A stretch of DNA of 64,000 nucleotides from Oligoflexales bacterium. GTDB lineage: Bacteria > Bdellovibrionota_B > Oligoflexia > Oligoflexales > JAPPIL01. Of this stretch, positions 39,978 to 49,071 are shown piece by piece. The position numbers and the translations under genes are program-made. Numbering within the stretch: the stretch's first letter is position 1; the number at the start of each line of letters is the position of its first letter. The notes under the pieces were generated by a model that saw only the letters and a list, made by a program, of their open reading frames with translations, did no database searches and was not told the origin of the DNA. Location of the stretch: contig OZ244057.1 of the NCBI GenBank assembly GCA_965215515.1, forward strand, positions 1,280,001 to 1,344,000, given 5' to 3'.

Positions 39978-40181
39978 ATGAAAATTTATTTTGACGAAAA
40001 ATCTGATGCCGTTTTCATTCGTCTCAATGAAAGCAAAGAAATTGCTGATTCTTGCGAGGTAGAGAAAGGTGTTGTGCTTGACTTCGACGATAACGGCGAA
40101 GTCATTGGCATTGAAATACTCAACGTCAAGAGACGTATTCCGTTGCAGCAATTGAAGGAACTCAAGTTCAAGATTGCCTAG
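39978..40181 (+). CDS. DUF2283-domain protein (putative antitoxin)
   Basis: MKIYFDEKSDAVFIRL...GVVLDFDDNGEVIGIEILN; GAGGAG RBS. Confidence 0.85.
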   Translation: MKIYFDEKSDAVFIRLNESKEIADSCEVEKGVVLDFDDNGEVIGIEILNVKRRIPLQQLKELKFKIA

Positions 40182-40463
40182 CTCCTCTCTGCAGCCCTTC
40201 GGTATGCGGTAGCAGCCGCAGCAGATTGATTTTACCATGATCTTTCGGGTGCGCCGCAATGGTCGAGATTTTGATCTCTGGCCTGTTACTTTCACTGCTG
40301 CCGATGGTAGAAATGTTAATGCTGAGTTGCATTGTGATGATCGGGTGTTACTAAACTGCAGTGTGCAAAACGATCTTATCGAAATTGCCAATACCTGGGG
40401 CAAAGCCCTAGCTGCGCAACGGGTACAACACGGTTTGCACAAGAACAGCACGGCAGAAGACTT

Positions 40464-41400
40464 ATGAAACTCACAGAGGTAAAGAAAGGCATTAGAGTTA
40501 CTGGGCTTGAAGGCAACACAGCTGCGGAGATAGTAAGTGTTGATACGTTCAGTGACAATTTTATTAGTGTTGTTTACCGCAATGGCGAAGGTGTGTTGCG
40601 GGAACGAATATGGTAACGAGTTGAAAAGATCAAAACGTTTTCAGTTTGGCGAAAAAATTGGTGCACACACACGCCATCTATTGCTGATGACAGCAACTCC
40701 ACATAATGGCAAGGAGGAAGATTTTCAACTGTTCCTCTCCCTGCTTGATAGTGATCGTTTTTATGGTAAGTTTCGTGATGGTGTGCATAGTGTCGATGTT
40801 AAGGACATTATGCGTCGCATGGTCAAGGAAGACTTGCTGAAATTTGATGGCACAAAACTTTTCCCTGAAAGAAGAGCTAACTCAGTCAAGTTTGAGCTAT
40901 CAAAACTAGAAAGCATTCTCTATAGCGAAGTAACAGAATATGTTCAGCATGAAATGAACCGTGCTGATAGTCTCAATGAACAGAATAAGCGCAAAAACAC
41001 CGTTGGCTTTGCTCTTACACTTTTGCAACGCAGGTTAGCATCGAGTCCACTTGCTATCTATCGCTCGCTACAACGACGTAAGTGCAGATTAGAAGAAAAA
41101 ATTCGCGAAGGCGAATCAGTATTGCGTGGCAAAAGTTTTTACAAAGATATTTCTAGTGCCATGCTTGTGATACCTGCGGGCTTGTTGGCGAGGTTATCGG
41201 ATAATCACGGCTTTACAGCTGATGCCGAAACACGCCAGCAGCTTGAAAAAATAGGTATGGATGCGGTAATGCAAAAAGAAATGGTTGCTGGTAATGAAGT
41301 GTTTGATGTTTCAAAGGAACATCCTCTTGGAACTTTCCTAGTTCGACATGTTACCAGAGAAGATGATGTCTCCTTCTTTCATTTTCGTGTGGGAATTTGA
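40464..41400 (+). pseudogene. SNF2 helicase of the DUF1156/DUF499-type system with internal deletions
   Basis: N-terminus MKLTEVKKGIRVTG.. (40464-40616), then a different frame with [19 protein letters not shown] and LQRRLASSP, then a jump to MLVIPAGLL; no Walker A/DEAH or helicase-C motifs. Confidence 0.8.
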
Positions 41401-41435
41401 AGATGGATGACAAGCATATTCCCCACCCTCCAACT

Positions 41436-42173
41436 TCAATCAGCACCGATTGGATTGTCCCTTATTGCATCGATAGCATGAGAAATACTATGAGAAAATA
41501 CGACACCAGTGTTCATGTATATCTCCAGTGGCATGCGTATTCCATCCCCCATATCAATTGACATCACGCCTCTTTCATCACCAGCAACTACGGACTCTTT
41601 CCCCTCTTTATAACCACTAATGACTGATGCGACGCAAAAGTTACTTTGCGGCTTACCGTTCTCCTTGAAAATAACAGGCCCGCCAGAAAATCCTGGATTA
41701 TTGTGTCCGTCTAGCAAAATTTCCTTCTTTCTACATTGCAGAAAAAGCGAAACGGTAGCTCGTTTTATTAGGGGCAGGGTTGAACCCTATGTCCATGCCT
41801 AAGTTAAAACCCATTCCGTAAGGAAACCCCAAGAAGAACACATCCTGACCATAGGCAATCCCTGGTGAGCTTGAGGGAAATGGACATGGTGGAGACAGCT
41901 TTTCCTTGGGAGCCAAAACGCAAATATCCTCTCCTTCTGACACAAAGCCGACAAACTTTGCCACCAGAGGCATCCACCTACCCCTATGTAAAATTTCTAC
42001 CTGCTGAAGATTATTCATATGAACAGAGTTTAGACAGTGCCTTGCTGTACAAAGGTATTGCTTATCATCAACATCTATTGTGAAGGCTGTAAAAGATGAC
42101 ACGGGGTTTTGAGACAGAATATCCTCCGAGCAAGATCTGTGAATTCTTTGTGTACCACGCTACGCAAAACCAT
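41436..42173 (-). pseudogene. Trypsin-like serine protease split by two frameshifts
   Basis: TARHC and DICVL in 41731-42102; LPLIKRATVS...LDGHNNPGFSGGP in another frame; probable ATG 42173 in a frame different from the TARHC segment. Confidence 0.75.
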
Positions 42174-42389
42174 TTTTTATCACCCTGAAAATAACACCCA
42201 CCTAGTATGCCATCCTCCTGCATGAGGTGACTTAACTTGTGGCCTATATCTATGTCAAGCACTAAACAATAGTCGGCATACGTCGATGGTTGCAGTTCAG
42301 CACTAATAATCTGGAGATGCAAATACCACTTTGTAATACAGTTTAGCCACAGCTGGCATCTATCTAGGCATGTGGGCGGAGCAAAGCCG

Positions 42390-43290
42390 TTACTCGTCAT
42401 ATTCGGCAGCTTGTCGCAAAGAAAGAAGTTCCTCCTTGAGTGGTGGGCTGACTGCGCTGTCTGGTTCGGCAAGCACTAACATCTGATAGGCATCGAGAAA
42501 TTCGCTTCTAAGACGGTGAAAAAAATGCAAAAAATGTCGCAAAAAGCCAATGCAGTCAAGCACTGCTATTTCTATTCCTCCGAGATGTTCATACTTGCTG
42601 CGGGCGTAGTCAGCTACACGTGTCTCGATAGTTTCTGTCGTAACAAAAATATAGTTATCAATTCGTGCTATGTGTGCAGAAATTTTTTTCACCGCTAAAT
42701 CAATCTCCCCGTGGTGGTGTAGGCTGCTGCTATCACAGAACAGGCAAACGACTTGCATTGCGGCAAGCAAGGTGCTGGCTAATTAGAGTAATGATTTCTT
42801 CTGATGATAGTGACATACCATCCTTATGCTTACCCACTCTTGCTAACAATGAGTCCATGCGCATTTTTCTTTCGTCACGCATCTTGCACAACAGGCGGAT
42901 CGTATCTGTCAAAATATCCTCTGCCGTTTCTCGTTCTAAAGCAACATCTTCAAGTAGTTTGAGTGTGTCACGATAAACCCTGCTTGGCTTGCCAACCAGA
43001 GTAACGCTTGTTGTCAGTGGACGATTGATGTTGCGCAAAGCAGGCGCAAGAAACGCAGTGGTAGGATTGCAGGGGAGGGCGTACTTATTGATAAACAACG
43101 TAATATATTGTTCATCATACATCCGTCCAGAAAAAGAGGAACTGCCGCCTATTTGTGTATACGGTTCACGCGGATCAATATGCTGACGGTCAATTTTACC
43201 CAACATGCAAGCCATCAATAACCATACACACGCTCTATTAGCCAAACACTCAGTGACATATTCTAGCCTTTGCAGGCTTGCAGCACTCTT
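42390..43290 (-). pseudogene. Putative type II restriction endonuclease, frameshifted and internally deleted
   Basis: SGRMYDE..LPCNPTTAFL..ASRLPVL then stop; resumes as EIDLAVKKI..IDNYIFVTTE..FLRHFLH; directly downstream of an adenine MTase. Confidence 0.65.
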
Positions 43291-44162
43291 TACCCGCGGC
43301 ACAGCTGAGCTTCTACTCGTTTGCCTTTTGTGGCATGGTTTGTTTTTGGCGCAGACATGTGCTTGTGCCAATGTTTATTTGGGTAAAGACGATCGAGAAA
43401 TGGACAATCGTAATTTGAAAAGGCAACCATCCCCTGTACAGAATTCAAAACATCGGCAAGGTCTCTGTGTTGAGCATCGCTCATCTCAAATCTATATGCC
43501 TTGGCATCGCCACGGGTTGCATGCACGTAGGGAGGATCGCAGTAAAACAGGGCCTCAGGGGAATCATAGAGCTTTATTACGTCAACAGCGGGGCGGTTCT
43601 CAATCTGCACCCGCAAAAGACGTTGTGCTATCTCAGGCAAAGAACTCACTCCACCCAACCAACGACTGACAACGCCGCTCATTCCTGCTCTACTGGTATT
43701 CTTACAATTCGCCCACCTACCAATCGAAGCGGTCTGCGCAAGCCCAGTTCTCACTTGTCTTGCCCTGACGTAAAATCGCCTAGCCCTCTCTAGCGGTGTA
43801 GCTTCTGGGTCGAGTATACAAGCTCGCCCGAATTCCTCACGAGAAAATGGAGTCAAGCCAATAACACGTGTTAGCTCTGCGTGATCATCCCTCAACATAC
43901 GAAAAAAATTACAGACTTCTCCATCAAGATCATTGTAAGTTTCTACTGGCGAAGGCGGCTTGTTCAATAACACCGCCGCCGAACCAGCAAAAGGTTCACA
44001 ATAATGGTGACACTCAGGCAATTGTGGCAATAACCAGTTGAGGTGCGAAAACTTCCCCCCATACCAGCCAAACAAGATCAGCTTCTTCTTGCCACCCAGC
44101 CCCGACAGTGGAGGCGGAGCAATCCGACACGATCTTCTGATTGGTTCTATGACATCAGGCAT
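43290..44162 (-). CDS. Dam-like (D12 class) N6-adenine DNA methyltransferase
   Basis: WYGGK, EPFAGSAAV, YNDLDG, FYCDPPY; the usual C-terminal E.LW.NY is replaced by EAQLCRG. Confidence 0.9.
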   Translation of the reverse strand: MPDVIEPIRRSCRIAPPPLSGLGGKKKLILFGWYGGKFSHLNWLLPQLPECHHYCEPFAGSAAVLLNKPPSPVETYNDLDGEVCNFFRMLRDDHAELTRVIGLTPFSREEFGRACILDPEATPLERARRFYVRARQVRTGLAQTASIGRWANCKNTSRAGMSGVVSRWLGGVSSLPEIAQRLLRVQIENRPAVDVIKLYDSPEALFYCDPPYVHATRGDAKAYRFEMSDAQHRDLADVLNSVQGMVAFSNYDCPFLDRLYPNKHWHKHMSAPKTNHATKGKRVEAQLCRG

Positions 44163-44721
44163 GCTGTATTTTTGCCACGTTCAGCCGTACATGTCGAGAA
44201 GTGATGGGGAGGACAGCTATTTGCTGTTCCATATGCCTGACTACAGTCAGGAGGATATCATCAGGATATTTCCCAAGAGCCATCCCTACGTTCTGCCGCT
44301 GCACTGCATTAGGGACTTGACCCGTGAGAAGGTGGCTAAATTTTTTCGCAGCACTCTGATATTGGAGATCGAGGAGAGAAGGCGGCTTTTGGAACTGGCG
44401 ACTGATTGTTTCTCCAAATTCAATAGCGATTTTAGCTTATCTGTGCTAGAAGATATCGAGGTGGAAGCTATTAAAGAAGAAAAGGATAGACTTATGAACC
44501 AGCTCAAAATTGGCCGCGAAGGTTGGCTTGAAGAGGGCGAGCAAGCAGGCGTTTTCAAGGAACGGCACGAGGTGGCGTTGCGTATGCTGGAGGACGGCAT
44601 GAGTATCGCCGCCATTTGTCGCATTACGAAGCTCAGCCGCAGTGTAGTCAACAGGCTAGAGCGAGAGGGCGGCGAGCTAGAAAACGTCAAAAAGCGTGGC
44701 AGGGCAAAGAAGCGCGCCTAA
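44161..44721 (+). pseudogene. C-terminal remnant of an Rpn (YhgA-like) recombination-promoting nuclease
   Basis: GREGWLEEGEQAG...VALRMLEDGMSIAAICRITKLS tail typical of Rpn proteins; no N-terminal PD-(D/E)XK domain. Confidence 0.65.
44494..44721 (+). CDS. Candidate RpnS-like small protein from an internal start (75 aa)
   Basis: AAGGA at 44482-44486 then ATG 44494, in frame with the Rpn C-terminus. Confidence 0.45.
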   Translation: MNQLKIGREGWLEEGEQAGVFKERHEVALRMLEDGMSIAAICRITKLSRSVVNRLEREGGELENVKKRGRAKKRA

Positions 44722-44733
44722 GCTGGCTAGCCT

Positions 44734-44795
44734 ATGTAGGTGCCCCCGTAACCTTTGTCGATAGAAAAAATTAGTCAGGCACTACAGAAGGAGAG
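44734..44795 (+). repeat. Right direct repeat of island (62 bp)
   Basis: atgtaggtgcccccgtaacctttgtcgatagaaaaaattagtcaggcactacagaaggagag. Confidence 0.92.
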
Positions 44796-44965
44796 ACAGA
44801 TAAAACACCGCAAAATCAGGCCTTCTGTCGCTCAAAAATTAAATTAAGCGCCCTATCCACGGAACTCAGGATGTGCCCGCTCTCTTACCATGTGGTCAAG
44901 GGGCAAGAAGGGTGTGAGAGAAACCATTCGGGTTTACCATTCTCGCGACAAAGCAGGAGATATTC

Positions 44966-45169
44966 ATGCAGACAAGGTTCTTAAGTTGTATCGTCTTTCT
45001 AAGTAGCTCTTTGTGGTCTACAAGCCTATATGCTTGTCTGACTTGTCCAGTATCAACGGGGGTAGATGCCCCCGTAAAGAAGGGACGATCAGACATTCCT
45101 TGCCTGCCGCGTAGTGAACGGACAAACACCCGCATAAAAATATTCCTTGCGAGCCGTAATACGCTTTAG
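44966..45169 (+). CDS. Short secreted-type ORF, possibly a truncated gene
   Basis: AGGAG RBS and signal-peptide-like N-terminus; overlaps the convergent GH3 gene end. Confidence 0.35.
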   Translation: MQTRFLSCIVFLSSSLWSTSLYACLTCPVSTGVDAPVKKGRSDIPCLPRSERTNTRIKIFLASRNTL

Positions 45170-46150
45170 ACTGCTCGCCACCTGTGCCCGTAACTGCGGT
45201 TTGCACACCAACAGTGCCCGCACCTGCTCCACCCAACTAAAGCAACACTCCTCCTCCAATAAAAGATTGTTGCCATGCAACAATAAGTCGACCCCCGCCC
45301 GTACACCCGCGACGATAGCTGCTTGCGCACTAAAATGCCGCCGCAGCCCCCGCATCTGCAAATCATCGGTAAACAACAGCACCGTAGGACAACGCTCCCG
45401 TAGACGCACAATCGCAGGCTGTGAAATTGAAACAGGATACACACTATCCCACCGCTTGACATAACCATGACTCAAAAGCAAAGCCTCACCATGCAGTTCA
45501 CGTGCGCAACGATAGAATAACGCCAACTGTGCGTCATCCAACACCAACTCCATCACCTCAGCGTGGGAATTGACCGCACTGCCACCGATACCAGGATAGT
45601 GCTTGGCACACAAACCCAGCCCAACCGCACGCGCTACCTGCCCGACCAAACATGCATTGTGCGCAATATCCTGTACCCGATCACTCCACGCCCGCTGTTG
45701 ACCAGCGATGTCAGGGTTGGCACGGTTGCTGTTGATGTCGATGACAGGGGCAAGATTGTAGTGAATACCCAGTGTGCGCATTTCCACAAAGCTACGCTGG
45801 GTGCAACTGATCTTCTCGCGGTCAGACATGGCATTGAATGCCAGCGCAGACGGATACGGCTGAAAACCACACTCCTCCCGCAGCCTGCGTACACGCCCCC
45901 CCTCCTGATCGACGCAGATCAACGGCCGCGCCGACAAACTAGCCAACTCCCGACAGAGATGCCGCAATTGCTGCGGGCTACTGATGTTACGCCCTCGTCG
46001 GCGCGTCGCAACATCGTAATCGAAGAGCACCACGCCCCCTAAACCGTGCCTGCTGGCAAAAGTACGCAGCCAGGTAGGTAACTCCAATCCTCTAAAACCG
46101 AGCACAAACAATTCGCCGAGACGATCTAACACCGACACGATCCAAGCCAA
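45089..46150 (-). CDS. nagZ: GH3 beta-N-acetylhexosaminidase (NagZ-like)
   Basis: GGVVLF, VDQEGGRVRRL, NLAPVID, KHYPG.G...SH, FTDDLQM. Confidence 0.88.
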   Translation of the reverse strand: MAWIVSVLDRLGELFVLGFRGLELPTWLRTFASRHGLGGVVLFDYDVATRRRGRNISSPQQLRHLCRELASLSARPLICVDQEGGRVRRLREECGFQPYPSALAFNAMSDREKISCTQRSFVEMRTLGIHYNLAPVIDINSNRANPDIAGQQRAWSDRVQDIAHNACLVGQVARAVGLGLCAKHYPGIGGSAVNSHAEVMELVLDDAQLALFYRCARELHGEALLLSHGYVKRWDSVYPVSISQPAIVRLRERCPTVLLFTDDLQMRGLRRHFSAQAAIVAGVRAGVDLLLHGNNLLLEEECCFSWVEQVRALLVCKPQLRAQVASSLKRITARKEYFYAGVCPFTTRQARNV

Positions 46151-46653
46151 TAATCTTTAACCAGATAAAAATAGCTTATCTTATCTGGGTTGCATATTTC
46201 TAGGTTGGACTTTTGACAAAACTCCAACGGCAAGTATTGCAGGGAATTCCACACCCCACAGATGACCTCGACGGAAGGATACTCCTGGGGGACAAAATCA
46301 TAGCCAGAGGGCAACTTAAGGTGATCCGCGACCAGATGTACCAGTTGATATGAGAATGCCTTGGAGGGAAAGACACGCAAACTCTCAGAACGCACCAGCA
46401 CATTGGTCGTCTCATCGTCTTTGACGATATCCACCAACGCCTGCCCGCCACATTCAAGAGTAACCTGGTATTGGTTATCGATGGCAAAATAAACCGCCAG
46501 CCGCTCGTCGTTGTTGGGCTGACGTGCAACATGCACCGCCGCAGTCAATGTCACTATTTCGTCATATTTTATCCTTTGCCCTTCTTCACCTGCAACGCTA
46601 CCACATACGAGGGCAGCAAGCACCAACGATACCCACGATGATAACACCTTCAT
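46126..46653 (-). CDS. Hypothetical secreted protein
   Basis: Signal peptide; ATGA overlap with the upstream gene. Confidence 0.7.
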   Translation of the reverse strand: MKVLSSWVSLVLAALVCGSVAGEEGQRIKYDEIVTLTAAVHVARQPNNDERLAVYFAIDNQYQVTLECGGQALVDIVKDDETTNVLVRSESLRVFPSKAFSYQLVHLVADHLKLPSGYDFVPQEYPSVEVICGVWNSLQYLPLEFCQKSNLEICNPDKISYFYLVKDYWLGSCRC

Positions 46654-47924
46654 ATTCCCCTCCGACATTCAGTAGCTGTAGTAAGACGATTGAAAAAACA
46701 CGAGCCGTCGTCAAGTTCAAATTGGCACGCTACCCTTTTCATAGTGTGACAACACAACTGCTTCGTCGACGACCAACTAAAACCCTTGTCACAGATAGGA
46801 GTGCTGTTCTGTAGCCGCGGTGGTGCTTGGAAAACAGGCATGACGACTTCAGGGACTTTACAGCCGCTGAAGATGTCATCGAAACATGCCACCACATGTG
46901 CGTTATTGACGTTGATGAACCGCCTGATCTTCTTCTCGATCGCATCGAGATAGTCATAATCAACCCGCTCGAAGTTGTGGGGACGATGTTTGATGAAAGT
47001 AATAGTGTTCAGAATCTCGATCGCCTGATCGTTGTTGCGTGCCAACTGCCGCACGATCAAGTCCTGCCGCAGCATCTTTGTCTCTCCCACCACCAGATTG
47101 ATCGGCTCAACACCCGCATAGTTCTTCGAGATAAGCTCCAACGTGACGAAGTTTTTTTCGAGCAGCGACACAATGTTGGTAAACTCGCGGGCAAAATCAA
47201 CCAAGCTCTTAATTTCGGGAATTCTTCCCCGCCCACCGCGACGGAAAATCTTCAATTGCGTCGAGCCCAACTCACTAAAGCTCGCCAGGCTGGAGTCGAT
47301 GTCCGCTCCCGCCCGCCAGGTAAGACCGCTCGCCGCGACCGCGGCATCGAAGAGACGCTCCCGCGTCCGAGAGTGAAACTCAAACTCAAATAAGGCAAAC
47401 AACTCCCCCCCTGTGCGCCGACCATAGATAAACTCATTGCCGCAGGCACGGACAAAATCCTCCGTGCGTCCCTCGCGGAGCAAATCGATGGCATTGGGTC
47501 GAAAGGTAAAACCATTCGCCAACAACAGCTGGTTGGCAACCCGCACATGTACCAGCAAATAACGCGATGCGCTGTTTTTATTGACACTGCGGGCAAAACT
47601 GACCCGTGCATCGACCTTGAAAAACACAGACGTTTTCAACATACCCGCCGCTGAAATGTTGAGATTTTCTCGCAACGCCGACTCGGAAGCGATCTCCAAC
47701 ACGCGAAATTCAGCATACTGCCCACGCTCCTCGCCACTTTGTGTACGCATCTCGGCAAGATCGACACAAAACCCTTTCGCCTCCCCGTCGACCGTACTCA
47801 ATCCCTGCCCAGGCAATAGCGCCAAACTCGCGTCCTCGCCATGCACGTTCTTTTCAACCAGCACGGCGTTCACGTCCCCCCCCACCACCAATAGGCATAC
47901 CAGCAACAACCTCCCCCGTATCAC
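46650..47924 (-). CDS. Secreted MACPF-like protein with Cys-rich C-terminus
   Basis: Signal peptide; LPGQG...CV; FVRACGNEFIYGRRTGG resembles the MACPF signature (F...GTH(F/Y)x6GG); IFRRGG. Confidence 0.6.
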   Translation of the reverse strand: MIRGRLLLVCLLVVGGDVNAVLVEKNVHGEDASLALLPGQGLSTVDGEAKGFCVDLAEMRTQSGEERGQYAEFRVLEIASESALRENLNISAAGMLKTSVFFKVDARVSFARSVNKNSASRYLLVHVRVANQLLLANGFTFRPNAIDLLREGRTEDFVRACGNEFIYGRRTGGELFALFEFEFHSRTRERLFDAAVAASGLTWRAGADIDSSLASFSELGSTQLKIFRRGGRGRIPEIKSLVDFAREFTNIVSLLEKNFVTLELISKNYAGVEPINLVVGETKMLRQDLIVRQLARNNDQAIEILNTITFIKHRPHNFERVDYDYLDAIEKKIRRFINVNNAHVVACFDDIFSGCKVPEVVMPVFQAPPRLQNSTPICDKGFSWSSTKQLCCHTMKRVACQFELDDGSCFFNRLTTATECRRGI

Positions 47925-47981
47925 ATACCCCTCCCCACCCTAAAATTAACCCAGCCCCAATAACCTAACAGATCACACCAC

Positions 47982-48009
47982 AAAAAATGGCTGAGCTTTG
48001 CAGCTCAGC
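47982..48009 (-). terminator. Intrinsic terminator just upstream of the MACPF-like gene
   Basis: Minus strand GCTGAGCT-GCAA-AGCTCAGC-CATTTTTT (8-bp stem, GNRA loop, U6). Confidence 0.7.
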
Positions 48010-48155
48010 GAGCGCGGTAACAGCTAATTTGTTTTTAACTACAGGATGTTATCCAGTAACCAGCCTTGTGCGTAAGCTTTGGCGGGGACGCGACTTTGTC
48101 ATGCTGCAAAGTTTTATTTGGCAAGCATCCACCTCAAGCTTAGGGTGACTAAAAA

Positions 48156-49034
48156 ATGTCCGTGTGGCGGCTTATGCCACGAAAAGAAAAAAAATTTCTA
48201 AAGGCCGCGTGGCTTAGTGTCGAGAGGCGGCGTGAAGGGAGGTGTGTGGTGGTTGCGTGGCGAAGTATTTTTCTGGGTCCGCTGTGCTGCTTTACGTTGT
48301 ATGGCGCTGCTTTAGGAAAGGATAAGCCCTCAGGGGGCGGTAAATCTGACTGGGGTGTGGTTGAGAGGGAACGCGGCTCAGACGACACGACGGTGGTGAG
48401 AGATGAGGATGAAAAGGCTGCCGACGAAACACCCGTGGCTGAACGGAAGGGCGATGCCTCCGCCGCTGAACCTTTCGGCGAGGAAAAACTAGACTACTCC
48501 CCGATCGTCGAGTCAGTTACCAAGCAAACTGTCGAGAAATTGGGACGCAAGTTAGTCGGAGGTGAAGGGCATGTTTGCTTGCGTTGTGAGGAGAAAAACC
48601 AGCTATCGGTGCAGGTGCTGGGGGTAAAAACCCTCGTCGGAGTTACTGGTATCGAGATGACGAGGCACGTCATGAGCCGCACCTCCGTGCGGGGGGGAGT
48701 TGGCTACGGTATCGGCGGTGTTACCTTGGGTGCCGCGATGCTGCACTATTTCCTTGAGGATAGCTGGCTACACCTATTGACGGGGATCAATGTCAGCATC
48801 AAAGGCAAACGCCACTTCGAAGGTCTGTGGGTGCTAATCGGTGTCGGCAGCAACTTCAGTACCCAAGTCGGCATCACTTACGGTGCGGAATTCGGGATGA
48901 CAATGGCTGCACTGGAAAGCGTTTTTGGTAGCAACGCACGCCTATGTTTCGGAGTACTATCGCAGTCATCGTGTCGCGAAAGATGGCGCATTTTACCCTA
49001 CATCACCCCGCTAAAAATCGGTTTCACCTTTTGA
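48156..49034 (+). CDS. Hypothetical outer-membrane beta-barrel-like protein (start uncertain)
   Basis: Acidic N-terminal linker, alternating beta-strand patterns, terminal KIGFTF. Confidence 0.6.
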   Translation: MSVWRLMPRKEKKFLKAAWLSVERRREGRCVVVAWRSIFLGPLCCFTLYGAALGKDKPSGGGKSDWGVVERERGSDDTTVVRDEDEKAADETPVAERKGDASAAEPFGEEKLDYSPIVESVTKQTVEKLGRKLVGGEGHVCLRCEEKNQLSVQVLGVKTLVGVTGIEMTRHVMSRTSVRGGVGYGIGGVTLGAAMLHYFLEDSWLHLLTGINVSIKGKRHFEGLWVLIGVGSNFSTQVGITYGAEFGMTMAALESVFGSNARLCFGVLSQSSCRERWRILPYITPLKIGFTF

Positions 49035-49071
49035 GCCACGGCAGTGCACGTGCGTAGATATACCGCTGTCC

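Larger units (their letters stand above)
35663..44795. mobile_element. Degraded defence/genomic island next to tRNA-Asp, bounded by direct repeats; no integrase seen
   Basis: Direct repeats, visibly AT-richer sequence, fragments of RM, SNF2, Rpn and protease genes. Confidence 0.75.

Noticed and set aside
35616..48050. Recurring CAGGATGT near 35618, 44867 and 48041
   Set aside because: Only 8 bp with dissimilar flanks; cannot be separated from chance
48061..48112. c-di-GMP-I riboswitch (GGGACGC seen on the plus strand)
   Set aside because: Lacks the GCAAAC...GAAA arm and the GCAAA after GAC
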